Shown: one piece after another, positions 18,062 to 26,581 of the stretch
Numbering within the stretch: the first letter of the stretch is position 1
Layout of the letters: every line of letters starts with the position of its first letter
Origin: Candidatus Omnitrophota bacterium
GTDB lineage: Bacteria > Omnitrophota > Gorgyraeia > Zapsychrales > JANLHA01
Assembly (NCBI GenBank): GCA_963662715.1
Contig: OY759724.1
Coordinates: forward strand, 2,100,001 to 2,132,000
DNA: 32,000 nucleotides
Direction: 5' to 3'
Program-made: the position numbers and the translations under genes
The notes under the pieces: model-generated
The model's input: only the letters and a program-made list of their open reading frames with translations
What the model was told of the DNA's origin: nothing
The model's database searches: none

Positions 18062-19826
18062 AGATACCGTCCGCCAGATCCTCGATCGGGTGGATATCGT
18101 TGATGTGATTTCTTCATGGCTCCCTTTGAAACGGGCCGGACGGAACTATAAAGCTCCGTGCCCTTTTCACCAGGAAAAGACTCCGTCTTTTGTCGTTAAT
18201 CCTGATAAGCAGATTTTTCATTGCTTCGGTTGCGGAATCGGGGGGAATGTGGTTTCTTTTGTGATGCAGCAGGAGCAGATAAGTTTTCCGGAAGCCATGA
18301 GACTCCTGGCGGACCGATGCGGTGTGGTCATCCCTCAGACGGATTCCCATCGCTCGCAGAAAGATAAACAGAGGGAACAGATTCTTGAGGCCACGCAGTT
18401 GGCGTGTCAGTTTTATCATCGGCAGTTGCTGTCTTCCCGAAGTGAAGGGGCTCGGGAGGCGCGTAGCTATTTGAAGGAGCGCGGCATTCATCTTGAGCCG
18501 GTCCAGGAATATCAATTGGGCTATGCGCCGGATCAATGGGAGTCTTTATTGATCTTTCTAAGAGACAAAGGTGTTCCGCCGGATATCATGGATAAAGCCG
18601 GTCTGATTATCCCTCGGCAGAAGCAGCCAGGATATTATGATAGATTTCGTAACCGGATTATCTTTCCGATCCTGGACAGACGAGGCCGCTGTCTGGCTTT
18701 TGGCGCACGCTCCCTGGAGAAGGACAACCCGGCGAAATATATCAATTCCCCGGAGACCGTGCTTTATACGAAAGGTCACCACCTGTACGGACTGAACTGG
18801 GCCAAAGACGCTATCGTTCAGGAAGACCAGGCCATCGTCGTTGAAGGATATATCGATTTTATTACCCCATTTCATGCCGGTATAAAAAATATCGTCGCTT
18901 CATTGGGAACCGCTTTGACCGTGGAGCAGATCCGGATTTTGAGCCGGTATACTCACAATGTGTTCATGCTGTTTGACTCGGACGAGGCCGGAGAACAGGC
19001 GATGATGCGGAGCCTGGATTTGCTGGTTGAAGAGGGGTTTAACGTCCGCATCGCAACCCTGGCGGTTGGGGAGGACCCGGATTCTTTTATCCGGAAACAT
19101 TCCGTCCGCGATTTTAAAGACCGTTTGGCGCAGGCCGAGACATTTTTTGATTTTAAATTGCGTGTTCTTTTATCGCGACATAATTCCCAAACGATTGAAG
19201 GGCGGGCCCAAATTTCTTCGGACATGTTGCAAACTGTGGCTAAGTTCCCGAATGCTGTCATTCGGGCGGAATATGTGAAGCGTTTAGCCGGTGCTCTTTG
19301 TTTGTCTGAGGAGGCTTTGGCTTTTGAGTTTAAGAGAATCCTGGCCAGCCACGGCCAGCAGCAAAAGGCATCAGCGCCTTCCCCGGCGGGAGGGGTTGAA
19401 ACGGCTTTTCCTGTCCGTCCTGTCGAACGGGATATGCTCCGTTTGCTGCTTAATGAACAGAGTTTCGTCCCGCTAACGAAGGAGTTGTTGTCCCTTTCTG
19501 ATTTTCATAACGAAGACGTACGGTCTGTTATGGCGAAAGTTTTTGAGTTGTACGAGGAAAGACAAGAAGTTCATTTGTCTGACTTAATGTGTTGTTTCGA
19601 GGATCAAAAGATTTTGCAAATGATATCTCATCTGGTTGCCGATGAGGAGTTTGTTGTTGGCGATAAGCAGCGTTTCCATAAAGATTGCTTGCATCGTTTG
19701 CGTCAGGACCGGCTGAAAATGATTCGACAAGATATTTTGCGGCAGATGCGACAGGCTGATCAGCAGGGAGATGCAGAGAAGCTGGAGGAATTAATGCTGG
19801 AGTTTAATCGAATTGTAAAAAATTAA
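18045..19826 (+). CDS. dnaG: DNA primase
   Basis: Zinc-binding motif CPFHQEKTPSFVVNPDKQIFHCFGCGIGGN, RNA polymerase core, and TOPRIM motifs VVEGYID and LFDSDEAG. Confidence 0.95.
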   Translation: MGLIPEDTVRQILDRVDIVDVISSWLPLKRAGRNYKAPCPFHQEKTPSFVVNPDKQIFHCFGCGIGGNVVSFVMQQEQISFPEAMRLLADRCGVVIPQTDSHRSQKDKQREQILEATQLACQFYHRQLLSSRSEGAREARSYLKERGIHLEPVQEYQLGYAPDQWESLLIFLRDKGVPPDIMDKAGLIIPRQKQPGYYDRFRNRIIFPILDRRGRCLAFGARSLEKDNPAKYINSPETVLYTKGHHLYGLNWAKDAIVQEDQAIVVEGYIDFITPFHAGIKNIVASLGTALTVEQIRILSRYTHNVFMLFDSDEAGEQAMMRSLDLLVEEGFNVRIATLAVGEDPDSFIRKHSVRDFKDRLAQAETFFDFKLRVLLSRHNSQTIEGRAQISSDMLQTVAKFPNAVIRAEYVKRLAGALCLSEEALAFEFKRILASHGQQQKASAPSPAGGVETAFPVRPVERDMLRLLLNEQSFVPLTKELLSLSDFHNEDVRSVMAKVFELYEERQEVHLSDLMCCFEDQKILQMISHLVADEEFVVGDKQRFHKDCLHRLRQDRLKMIRQDILRQMRQADQQGDAEKLEELMLEFNRIVKN

Positions 19827-19838
19827 TGAGGTAAATGA

Positions 19839-21419
19839 ATGGATAAAAAGGATTTAAAAGTTGATTTGGAAAAACTGATTGCTTTGGGGAAAAAGAAGGG
19901 ATTCCTGACCTATGACGAGGTCAATTCCACATTATCCGAAAACGTTGATTCCTCCGAAGACATCGATCATGTTTTTGAGATCTTAGACGGGAAGAATATT
20001 AAAGTCCTGGAATCGGACGATGACTTTGTCCCCCCGGAAGACGAAGAGGGCGAAACCCGCGAACAACAACTGAGACGTTTGCGTGAGGAGCAAAACCGGG
20101 ATGACGATTATGCGGATAAGTTTATCCCCCTGGACGACCCTGTCAAAATGTATCTCAAACAGATGGGGTCTATCCCTCTGTTAATGCGCGACGAAGAGAT
20201 TAACCTTGCAAAACGCATTGAGGAAACAGAGCATCGGTTAGCCGAGGCCCTTTTTGTGACCGCTTTTGCCCGGAAGGAAGCCCTGGATGTCGTGGGCAAG
20301 GTCCTTAAAGAGGAGATCAATGTCGAAGATGTCATTAAGGATGAGCTGGAAAGACGTCCGAAGCTTATCCGTGATCTCAAGAGAATCATGAAGAAGGTGA
20401 AGTACTCCCGGATAGGCACCGAGCAGTCGGCCAAGGCGCTGGCGGAATTTAAGTTAACGGCCTCCTTTAATGAAGATACGATCAATAAGATTGTTGAGAT
20501 CGTGGAGAGTATTGCCAAGATTGAGAAGGCCCTGAAAGGGAAAAGAAAAAGCGCGAGCGTTCAGGAATTGAAAGCTCGCAAGAAAAAATTGGAAAAAGAA
20601 CTGGGCGAGCCGGTCGGCAAGGTTAAAGACCAGTTGAGAGTTATTAAAATCCGGCAGTCAAAATTCAACAAAGCCAAAAAATTGCTGGTGGAAGCGAATC
20701 TGCGGCTGGTTGTCAGTATCGCGAAGAAATACATTAATCGGGGGCTTTCTTTTCTCGACCTGATACAGGAAGGAAACATGGGGCTGATTCGGGCTGTTGA
20801 AAAGTTTGAGTATAAACGGGGATACAAGTTTTCCACCTACGCCACCTGGTGGATTCGTCAGGCCATTACCAGGTCTATTGCTGATCAGGCCAGAACGATT
20901 CGCATCCCGGTGCATATGACGGAAACGATCAATAAAATCATTCGTGTTTCCCGGTTGTTTGTCCAGGAATACGGCCGTGAGCCGACCGCCCAGGAAATTG
21001 CCAAGCAGATGCGTATCCCGGTCAGCAAAGTTAAAGAGATACTGAAAATTTCTCAAGTGCCCATTTCTCTGCAGACACCCATTGGGGATGAAGGGGATAC
21101 GAATTTCGGTGATTTTATCGAGGACAAGAAGGCTGTCTCCCCGGCGAATGCAACGCTGCACTCCATGCTGAAGGAGGAAATCACGTCTGTTTTGCAAACC
21201 CTGGACGAAAGAGAACGCAAAATCCTGGAGCTGCGCTTTGGGATTCATGACGGTACGAGCCGGACGCTGGAAGAAGTCGGTACGGAATTTAATGTCACGA
21301 GGGAAAGGGTCCGGCAAATAGAATCTAAAGCATTGAGAAAATTGCGACATCCCACAAGATCCCGGAGGATAAAGACTTTTCTTGATATTTCTGCCAAGGA
21401 GGCTGAAGGTATCATTTAA
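19839..21419 (+). CDS. rpoD: RNA polymerase primary sigma factor (sigma-70)
   Basis: Acidic region 1. Region 2 reads [39 protein letters not shown]. Region 4.2 reads [30 protein letters not shown]. Confidence 0.95.
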   Translation: MDKKDLKVDLEKLIALGKKKGFLTYDEVNSTLSENVDSSEDIDHVFEILDGKNIKVLESDDDFVPPEDEEGETREQQLRRLREEQNRDDDYADKFIPLDDPVKMYLKQMGSIPLLMRDEEINLAKRIEETEHRLAEALFVTAFARKEALDVVGKVLKEEINVEDVIKDELERRPKLIRDLKRIMKKVKYSRIGTEQSAKALAEFKLTASFNEDTINKIVEIVESIAKIEKALKGKRKSASVQELKARKKKLEKELGEPVGKVKDQLRVIKIRQSKFNKAKKLLVEANLRLVVSIAKKYINRGLSFLDLIQEGNMGLIRAVEKFEYKRGYKFSTYATWWIRQAITRSIADQARTIRIPVHMTETINKIIRVSRLFVQEYGREPTAQEIAKQMRIPVSKVKEILKISQVPISLQTPIGDEGDTNFGDFIEDKKAVSPANATLHSMLKEEITSVLQTLDERERKILELRFGIHDGTSRTLEEVGTEFNVTRERVRQIESKALRKLRHPTRSRRIKTFLDISAKEAEGII

Positions 21420-21574
21420 AATGATTTTGAATGATGGTTAAGGCCTGCGAGACAGCTTTTTCTTGTGGGCTTTTTCTCTGTCTGGGGCAACCGTTGTTGG
21501 AGGCTGAAGGCGGCTCGTTGCAAAGGCCCGGAGGCCCGCTTTCCGGTTCTCCTCTTTAGATGTTGCGCGATTTG

Positions 21575-21583
21575 TGCTATACT
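21575..21583 (+). promoter_or_regulatory. Candidate extended -10 element (TGcTATACT) upstream of the secreted-protein gene
   Basis: TGnTATACT at 21575-21583; a second TATAAT lies at 21589-21594. The ATG is at 21620. Confidence 0.3.
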
Positions 21584-21619
21584 TTCTTTATAATTGCGTA
21601 AACTATCAGAATTAATATT

Positions 21620-22537
21620 ATGAAAAAAATTATTATATTTATATTTGTTCTTCTGTTTGTTGGCCCGCAGTTTTCTTATGCCAAGTCCAGGAAATTGGAT
21701 GACCAGACGAAAGACCTTTGTAACCAGGTGATGGTGGAGATCTTCAAGGAAATTTATTCCCTGAAGAACAAACATAAGGAACTGTCCCAGTTCGACAAGA
21801 AGGTCCTGCTTAAAAATAAATTAGGTATTTATACCATTGTTTACAAATATAAAGAGGAGCTGGAATATCCTGACGGGACGATTGAGGTGAAAGTCCCTTA
21901 TTCTTTTGCCGTGACGATCGACCGTTTAAAGGACGAGACATTCCCGCAAAGGGACGGTTCTTTTGCCTACAGTTTTCCGGCTTTGAGTCTGAAATTCGCC
22001 GGATATCAAAATAAACGTTTGTTAAGGACGCAGTTCAACCTCCTGCCGGTTTTAGGGAAACACGGCAAAGTGCTTAACGACTATCAGCAGCAATTTCTCC
22101 CGGTCAGACTGTTCATCAGGACCTCCAAGCAGGAGTACAAGGTCGATGAAACGGTTGACTTTGCCGTTTTGTTAACGAATGTCAGCAAAGCCAATCTTAT
22201 CATGAAAAAATTGGATTCGGAAACCCTTCATTTCTCTGTTAACGGTCGTATTTGGGGGGTGTTCCTTGAAGCGCAGAATAAAAAGACCCCCACTGATCGT
22301 GCGGAAGCCGTCAGGCAGCAGCTTGAAGCGAAAAGAGCTGCCCGCAGGAAACAGGCTGAAGCTAAAAAGGATCCGAACCAGGTCAGTGGTTTGCTGGAAT
22401 CCGGCGAAGCTTTTATTATTAACCTTCAGGGGACGACGTTTTCTGAACCTCAGGAGGTTGTTGTGGAAGCCGTGTACCAAATTCCCATCAGAGGCGTATA
22501 TCCATCTGCCACTTTTAAATTTAAAGTCGTTGAGTAG
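21620..22537 (+). CDS. Secreted hypothetical protein (signal peptide, no family recognised)
   Basis: The N-terminus MKKIIIFIFVLLFVGPQFSYA is a Sec signal peptide. The rest looks beta-rich, with a Lys/Arg/Ala-rich helical insert (DRAEAVRQQLEAKRAARRKQAEAKK). Codon usage is consistent with neighbouring genes. Confidence 0.7.
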   Translation: MKKIIIFIFVLLFVGPQFSYAKSRKLDDQTKDLCNQVMVEIFKEIYSLKNKHKELSQFDKKVLLKNKLGIYTIVYKYKEELEYPDGTIEVKVPYSFAVTIDRLKDETFPQRDGSFAYSFPALSLKFAGYQNKRLLRTQFNLLPVLGKHGKVLNDYQQQFLPVRLFIRTSKQEYKVDETVDFAVLLTNVSKANLIMKKLDSETLHFSVNGRIWGVFLEAQNKKTPTDRAEAVRQQLEAKRAARRKQAEAKKDPNQVSGLLESGEAFIINLQGTTFSEPQEVVVEAVYQIPIRGVYPSATFKFKVVE

Positions 22538-22564
22538 TCGCTTCGTTTTTTTTCCATTCAGATT

Positions 22565-22595
22565 CCTCTTGTTTTTCATGCTTAAGAGGCTTTTT
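22565..22595 (+). terminator. Weak candidate intrinsic terminator after the secreted-protein gene
   Basis: CCTCTT (22565-22570) pairs with AAGAGG (22584-22589) across a 13-nt loop, followed by CTTTTT. The stem is short and AT-rich, so this is tentative. Confidence 0.25.
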
Positions 22596-22637
22596 CTGGA
22601 AATGATATAACCTGGCGAGTTTCATGCGTTTATTTTA

Positions 22638-22666
22638 TTGAAAAACCATGTTCGTTATGTTATGCT
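22638..22666 (+). promoter_or_regulatory. Candidate sigma-70 promoter for the tRNA pair (TTGAAA-17 nt-TATGCT, TG-extended)
   Basis: TTGAAA at 22638-22643, a 17-nt spacer ending in TGT, then TATGCT at 22661-22666. It lies 44 nt upstream of the first tRNA. Confidence 0.4.
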
Positions 22667-22709
22667 GAATAGCAAATTTTGGGATTAAAAGAGGATTTTT
22701 GTTTGTCCC

Positions 22710-22783
22710 GGGCCCATAGCTCAGTCGGTCAGAGCAGTTGACTCATAATCAATTGGTCCCAGGTTCGAGTCCTGGTGGGCCCA
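22710..22783 (+). tRNA. tRNA with CAU anticodon (elongator Met or lysidine-modified Ile2; not initiator)
   Basis: Manual cloverleaf of 74 nt: acceptor GGGCCCA/TGGGCCC, D arm GCTC-AGTCGGTCA-GAGC, anticodon arm GTTGA-CTCATAA-TCAAT, T arm CCAGG-TTCGAGT-CCTGG, discriminator A. No encoded CCA. Confidence 0.9.
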
Positions 22784-22838
22784 GATAATACTGATATGTT
22801 TTGTCGCAAAGCAGGTTGTGCTTCCTTACGAATAAAAT

Positions 22839-22915
22839 GGGCGCATAGCTCAGCCGGTTAGAGTGCTGCCCTCACATGGCAGAGGTCGAAGGTTCGAGTC
22901 CTTCTGTGCCCACCA
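22839..22915 (+). tRNA. tRNA-Val (anticodon CAC)
   Basis: Manual cloverleaf of 77 nt: acceptor GGGCGCA/TGTGCCC (one G-U pair), anticodon arm CTGCC-CTCACAT-GGCAG, T arm GAAGG-TTCGAGT-CCTTC. CCA is encoded. Confidence 0.9.
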
Positions 22916-22975
22916 AAATTATATAATCTTTAGTGCAAAGGACAATTCGCTCTACGGGAAAGAAAGGAATAACGA

Positions 22976-23704
22976 TTGGAACAGATTGATATCAAAGAGC
23001 AAATCAGCGAATTATTGAAGCTGCAGCACGTAGATGCGGAAATTTATGATCTTAAAAGACAGTTAGAGGAAAAGCCGGAATATCTCAAGTCCCTTCAGGA
23101 GCAGTTTGAGGCTAAAAAGACCGTTTTTCATCAATTAGAGGAAAAACATAAGGCCGTACAGCTTGAACGGAAGTCCCAGGAAGGCGACCTGCAGGCGAAA
23201 GATGACGCTATCGCCAAGGCGAATATGCAACTGTCACAAATAAAAAACAACAAAGAATATACTGCAAAAATTAATGAAATAGAGAGCATTAAAGCGGATA
23301 AGTCCATTATCGAAGAGAAGATCATCCTCGCTTACGATGAGGGGGACAAGCTCAAAGACGAAATAGAAAAAGAAAAAGAACTTGTTCATCAGGAGGAGCA
23401 GCGGTATTTGCAGCAGAAAAAGGAAGTGGAGGAGAATATCCGGAGCATTGAGCAGCGGATCAAGGAATTGCATAAGCAACGCGAGGAATTGATACCCCAA
23501 ATTAATCCCTCTTTCTTAAGCCGTTATGAACGTATTCTGGTTAATAAAGAAGGGTTGGCTATCGTCCCTGTCGAGGGCCAGGCCTGCGGCGGATGTTATA
23601 TGAACGTGCCTGCCCAGGTGATCAATGAAATAAAGAAATATGAGGAATTGGTTTATTGTGAGATCTGTGCTCGGATCCTTTATTTAAAAGAAAGAGAATC
23701 ATAA
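22976..23704 (+). CDS. Coiled-coil protein with C-terminal C4 zinc ribbon (COG1579 / DUF164-like)
   Basis: TTG start after GAAAGGAA. About 190 aa are heptad-rich. The C-terminus carries two Cys pairs: CGGCYMNVPAQV...VYCEICARILY. Confidence 0.75.
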   Translation: MEQIDIKEQISELLKLQHVDAEIYDLKRQLEEKPEYLKSLQEQFEAKKTVFHQLEEKHKAVQLERKSQEGDLQAKDDAIAKANMQLSQIKNNKEYTAKINEIESIKADKSIIEEKIILAYDEGDKLKDEIEKEKELVHQEEQRYLQQKKEVEENIRSIEQRIKELHKQREELIPQINPSFLSRYERILVNKEGLAIVPVEGQACGGCYMNVPAQVINEIKKYEELVYCEICARILYLKERES

Positions 23705-23751
23705 TTATAATAAAGAATGACGACGCGGATTCGGACCATGTCTGAGGAGCT

Positions 23752-24207
23752 ATGAGACTGAAAATATACTCTGATGGTGCTTGTAGCGGTAATCCCGGCC
23801 CCGCAGGTATTGGTGTTGTTATTCACAAAGACGGGGAAGTTGTTAAAGAGATTTCGAAGTATATCGGAGAGGCAACGAATAATATTGCAGAGTATACGGC
23901 TGTCATTTATGCCGCTCAGGAAGCGCTGATTATGCGGGCCGATGAAGTAGCGCTTTTTACTGACAGCGAGCTTGTTTATAATCAATTGTCCGGCTATTAT
24001 AAGGTTAAGGACAGCAAAATCAAGCCGCTTTTTGATCAAATTCAGCATTTAGCTGGGGGGTTCAAAAAATTTTATATCACGCATGTCCTCAGGGATAAAA
24101 ACAAGGACGCTGATAAATTAGCACGTAAGGCCATTAAAGACAAGCAGGCCAAGGTGGTTGCCTCGCGGCCGGTCCAGAATCAGGTGCAGTCTGATTTATG
24201 GGCTTAA
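23752..24207 (+). CDS. rnhA: Ribonuclease HI family protein (RNase H type 1, RVT_3-like)
   Basis: Catalytic DEDD pattern: YSDGACSGNPGPAGIG, NNIAEYTAVIYA, TDSELV, NKDADKLARKA. RBS GAGGAG. The last ~22 codons overlap the RNase P RNA 5' stems. Confidence 0.88.
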   Translation: MRLKIYSDGACSGNPGPAGIGVVIHKDGEVVKEISKYIGEATNNIAEYTAVIYAAQEALIMRADEVALFTDSELVYNQLSGYYKVKDSKIKPLFDQIQHLAGGFKKFYITHVLRDKNKDADKLARKAIKDKQAKVVASRPVQNQVQSDLWA

Positions 24208-24561
24208 ACAAACCGCGGGGAGGAAAGTCCGGGCTCCAAAGGATATTGTATCCTGGTAACGCAGGACATCCTGATTTCCGTATCAGGGTAGGATTAGAGC
24301 TACAGTGACGATACTCGATCCTTGTTAACAGGGGTCGAGGGTGAAACGAGCAATCTCTACAAGGAGCAAGGCCAAATAGGGAGAGACACGGTGATAACAC
24401 CGGGGCGAAGTGATCCGCTTCGCGAAAAGAGCGCAGCTGTTTTCGGTATCTCCGGGTAGGCTGCAAGAGTCCTTAACGTGAGTTGAGGAGTCAGTGCAAT
24501 AACCATCCATCTCGCCTGTAAAAAATCGAGATGCACAAAACCCGGCTTATTGGTCTGCTTG
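24141..24561 (+). ncRNA. rnpB: RNase P RNA, bacterial type A
   Basis: Universally conserved blocks are present: GGAGGAAAGTCCGGGCTCC (24219-24237), GGTAACGC, AGGGTGAAA, GAGCAAGGCCAAATAGGG (24364-24381), CCGGGTAGGCTGC and ACAAAACCCGGCTTAT (24535-24550). The termini are set by a 12-bp P1 helix, CAAGCAGGCCAA (24141-24152) paired with TTGGTCTGCTTG (24550-24561), containing one G-U pair. Confidence 0.9.
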
Positions 24562-24679
24562 AAATATCATTTTTGGGGAATTTTTATGAGTGTTCTGAGA
24601 GATGTCGGAATATGGCTTTTCGAAAAGAGAGCGGATTTTTTATTTGTATGAATCATGATTTAAATGAGGAGGGTTGAAT

Positions 24680-25429
24680 ATGTCAGGTCATTCGAAATGG
24701 GCAAGTATTAAACATAAAAAGGCGGCTACTGATGCAAAAAGAGGCGCTGCTTTTACTAAGGTGACCCGAGAAATTACCGCTGCCGCCAAGGATGGGGGCG
24801 GTAATACAGAGACAAATATCAGGCTTCGTGCGGCAATTGCCCGGGCTAAAGAGATTAATATGCCTAATACGAATATTGAAAATGCTATAAAGAAGGGGAC
24901 AGGAGAACTTCCCGGTGTGATCTATGAAAATGTGGTTTTTGATGCCTATGCTCCGGGTGGCGTGGCGATGCTTATTGAAGGCTTGACGGATAATAAGAAC
25001 CGGACGACAGCTGAAATCAGAAATATTCTGTCGAAGAAGAACGGCAGTCTGGCCGGAGCCGGCAGCACGGCCTGGATGTTCACATCAAAGGGTTTTATCT
25101 CTATCGAGAAAGACAAAATAGGGGAAGAGGAACTGATGGACATTGTCCTTGAGGCCGGCGCCGACGATATTGATCCCAAAGGACAATATTATGAAATTGT
25201 TTGCGATCCTTCAAACTTGGAAGCAGTCAAGGCCGCCATTCAAGCCAAAAATATTCCCACCGTAACGGCTGAAGTCACGAAGATTCCTAATTCTTATATC
25301 AAGGTCACGGGCAACGAGGCGAAGCAGGTGTTGAGCCTGATGGAAACTTTGGAGGACCACGAGGATATTCAGGCCGTTCACGCCAATTTTGATATCCCGG
25401 ATGACGAGATGGAAAAAGCAGCGGAATGA
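24680..25429 (+). CDS. yebC: YebC/PmpR family DNA-binding transcriptional regulator
   Basis: MSGHSKWASIKHKKAATDAKRG is the invariant YebC N-terminus. The ATG at 24680 follows GAGGAGGG; the TTG at 24674 in the ORF track is less likely. Confidence 0.92.
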   Translation: MSGHSKWASIKHKKAATDAKRGAAFTKVTREITAAAKDGGGNTETNIRLRAAIARAKEINMPNTNIENAIKKGTGELPGVIYENVVFDAYAPGGVAMLIEGLTDNKNRTTAEIRNILSKKNGSLAGAGSTAWMFTSKGFISIEKDKIGEEELMDIVLEAGADDIDPKGQYYEIVCDPSNLEAVKAAIQAKNIPTVTAEVTKIPNSYIKVTGNEAKQVLSLMETLEDHEDIQAVHANFDIPDDEMEKAAE

Positions 25430-25430
25430 T

Positions 25431-25916
25431 ATGAAAATTATTGGTGTTGATCCGGGCTTGCATGCCACGGGGTACGGGTTGATTACCGTTGAGTTGAGTC
25501 AATCCAGAAATGTTAAGCTCCTTGAAGCCGGGGCTATTGAACCCAAGCCGGATGATTTCCTGCAAAACAGAATCAATAAAGTCTACGATTGTCTTACGGA
25601 TATCGTTTCTGAACATCGGCCGACAGTCATGGTTTTGGAGAGGCTTTACTCTCATTACCGGCATCCGACAACGGCCTGCAAATTGGGACATGTGAGAGGC
25701 GTGATCTGCCTCGTCTGCGCCCATCAGCATCTTCAGCTGGTTGAGTACAGCGTAAAACGCATCAGGAAAAATGTTGTGGGTGACGGCAACGCGTCAAAAC
25801 AGCAGACCCGGGAAGTCGTCGCTAACATTCTCCGTATTGATCCCGGACGGCTGACATTGGATGCGAGCGATGCTTTGGCGCTGGCCTTGGGGTATGCGTA
25901 TATGGAACATTATTAG
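25431..25916 (+). CDS. ruvC: Crossover junction endodeoxyribonuclease RuvC
   Basis: MKIIGVDPGLHATGYGLI start, with catalytic Asp and DASDALALALG near the C-terminus. The ATG lies 1 nt after the yebC stop. The upstream part of listed ORF 25389.. is overlap with yebC. Confidence 0.92.
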   Translation: MKIIGVDPGLHATGYGLITVELSQSRNVKLLEAGAIEPKPDDFLQNRINKVYDCLTDIVSEHRPTVMVLERLYSHYRHPTTACKLGHVRGVICLVCAHQHLQLVEYSVKRIRKNVVGDGNASKQQTREVVANILRIDPGRLTLDASDALALALGYAYMEHY

Positions 25917-25954
25917 GCCGATATCTTGTGGAATAAGAATATAAAATATATAAG

Positions 25955-26581
25955 ATGATAACGAAGATTTCTGGACAACTGGTTGAAAAAAAAGATAATT
26001 CATTGATAATAAAGGTGGGGGGCGTGAGTTATGAAATTTTTGTCCCTTACTCGGTGTTGCAGAGAGTTTACGAACATGCGGATGAACAGAATCAACTGGA
26101 ACTGATTACTTATCATTATATTCAGATGGGGACAGGAGCGGGATTCCCTTTTTTGGTTGGGTTCTTAAATGAGGTTGAAAAGGAATTTTTCCTTCAGTTT
26201 ATCAAAGTCTCTGGGATCGGTCCCCGGGCCGCTGTCAAGGCTTTAAACAAGCCGATCAGTGAAATATCGGAAGCCATCGACCGGGGAGACCTACAGTATT
26301 TAAAGTCGCTTCCGGGCATTGGGTTCCAGAGGGCGAAAGAGATTGTTGCAAAATTGCAGGGGAAGGTCGGACGCTATGGGTTAATTCAGGATAAAACCCC
26401 GGCGGAGACCGGTTGCCCCATCCCGGATTGGCAGGAAGAAGCTTTGGCTGTCTTAGTTCAGTTGCAGTATAAAAAGCCGGAAGCGAAGTCTATGATTGAT
26501 AAAGCTTTAAGACGTTGCCCGCACATCAAGGACACAGAACAACTGATTAATGAAATCTATAAACAAAGGATGAATGATTGA
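25955..26581 (+). CDS. ruvA: Holliday junction DNA helicase subunit RuvA
   Basis: MITKISGQLVEK OB-fold start, HhH motifs (VSGIGPRAAVKAL, LPGIGFQRAKEIV) and C-terminal domain III. Confidence 0.9.
   Translation: MITKISGQLVEKKDNSLIIKVGGVSYEIFVPYSVLQRVYEHADEQNQLELITYHYIQMGTGAGFPFLVGFLNEVEKEFFLQFIKVSGIGPRAAVKALNKPISEISEAIDRGDLQYLKSLPGIGFQRAKEIVAKLQGKVGRYGLIQDKTPAETGCPIPDWQEEALAVLVQLQYKKPEAKSMIDKALRRCPHIKDTEQLINEIYKQRMND

Noticed and set aside
20658-21350. 230-aa ORF antisense to rpoD. Similar long antisense ORFs occur at 582..1019, 7125..7649, 8601..9080, 9111..9530, 11958..12428 and 13352..13687.
   Set aside because: Each lies entirely inside a gene with strong motif support on the opposite strand. 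Their translations are low-complexity or Arg/Ser/Leu-rich with no recognisable motif. They are typical shadow ORFs.
21420-21619. Relatively GC-rich 200-nt spacer after rpoD. It has possible long-range pairing (GGCCTGCGAG with CTCGTTGCAAAGGCC), a 42-codon Cys-containing sORF (21434..21559, MVKACETAFSCGLFLCLGQ...) and a 119-aa minus-strand ORF (21416..21775).
   Set aside because: The sORF has no RBS. The pairings are short and interrupted. I recognise no riboswitch or sRNA motif. The minus-strand ORF overlaps the signal-peptide region of the downstream gene and looks like a shadow ORF. Worth a cmscan, but I cannot support a feature.
24134-24510. Minus-strand ORFs 24134..24466 and 24325..24510.
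   Set aside because: They lie over the RNase P RNA, whose conserved blocks explain this sequence. The translations are not protein-like.
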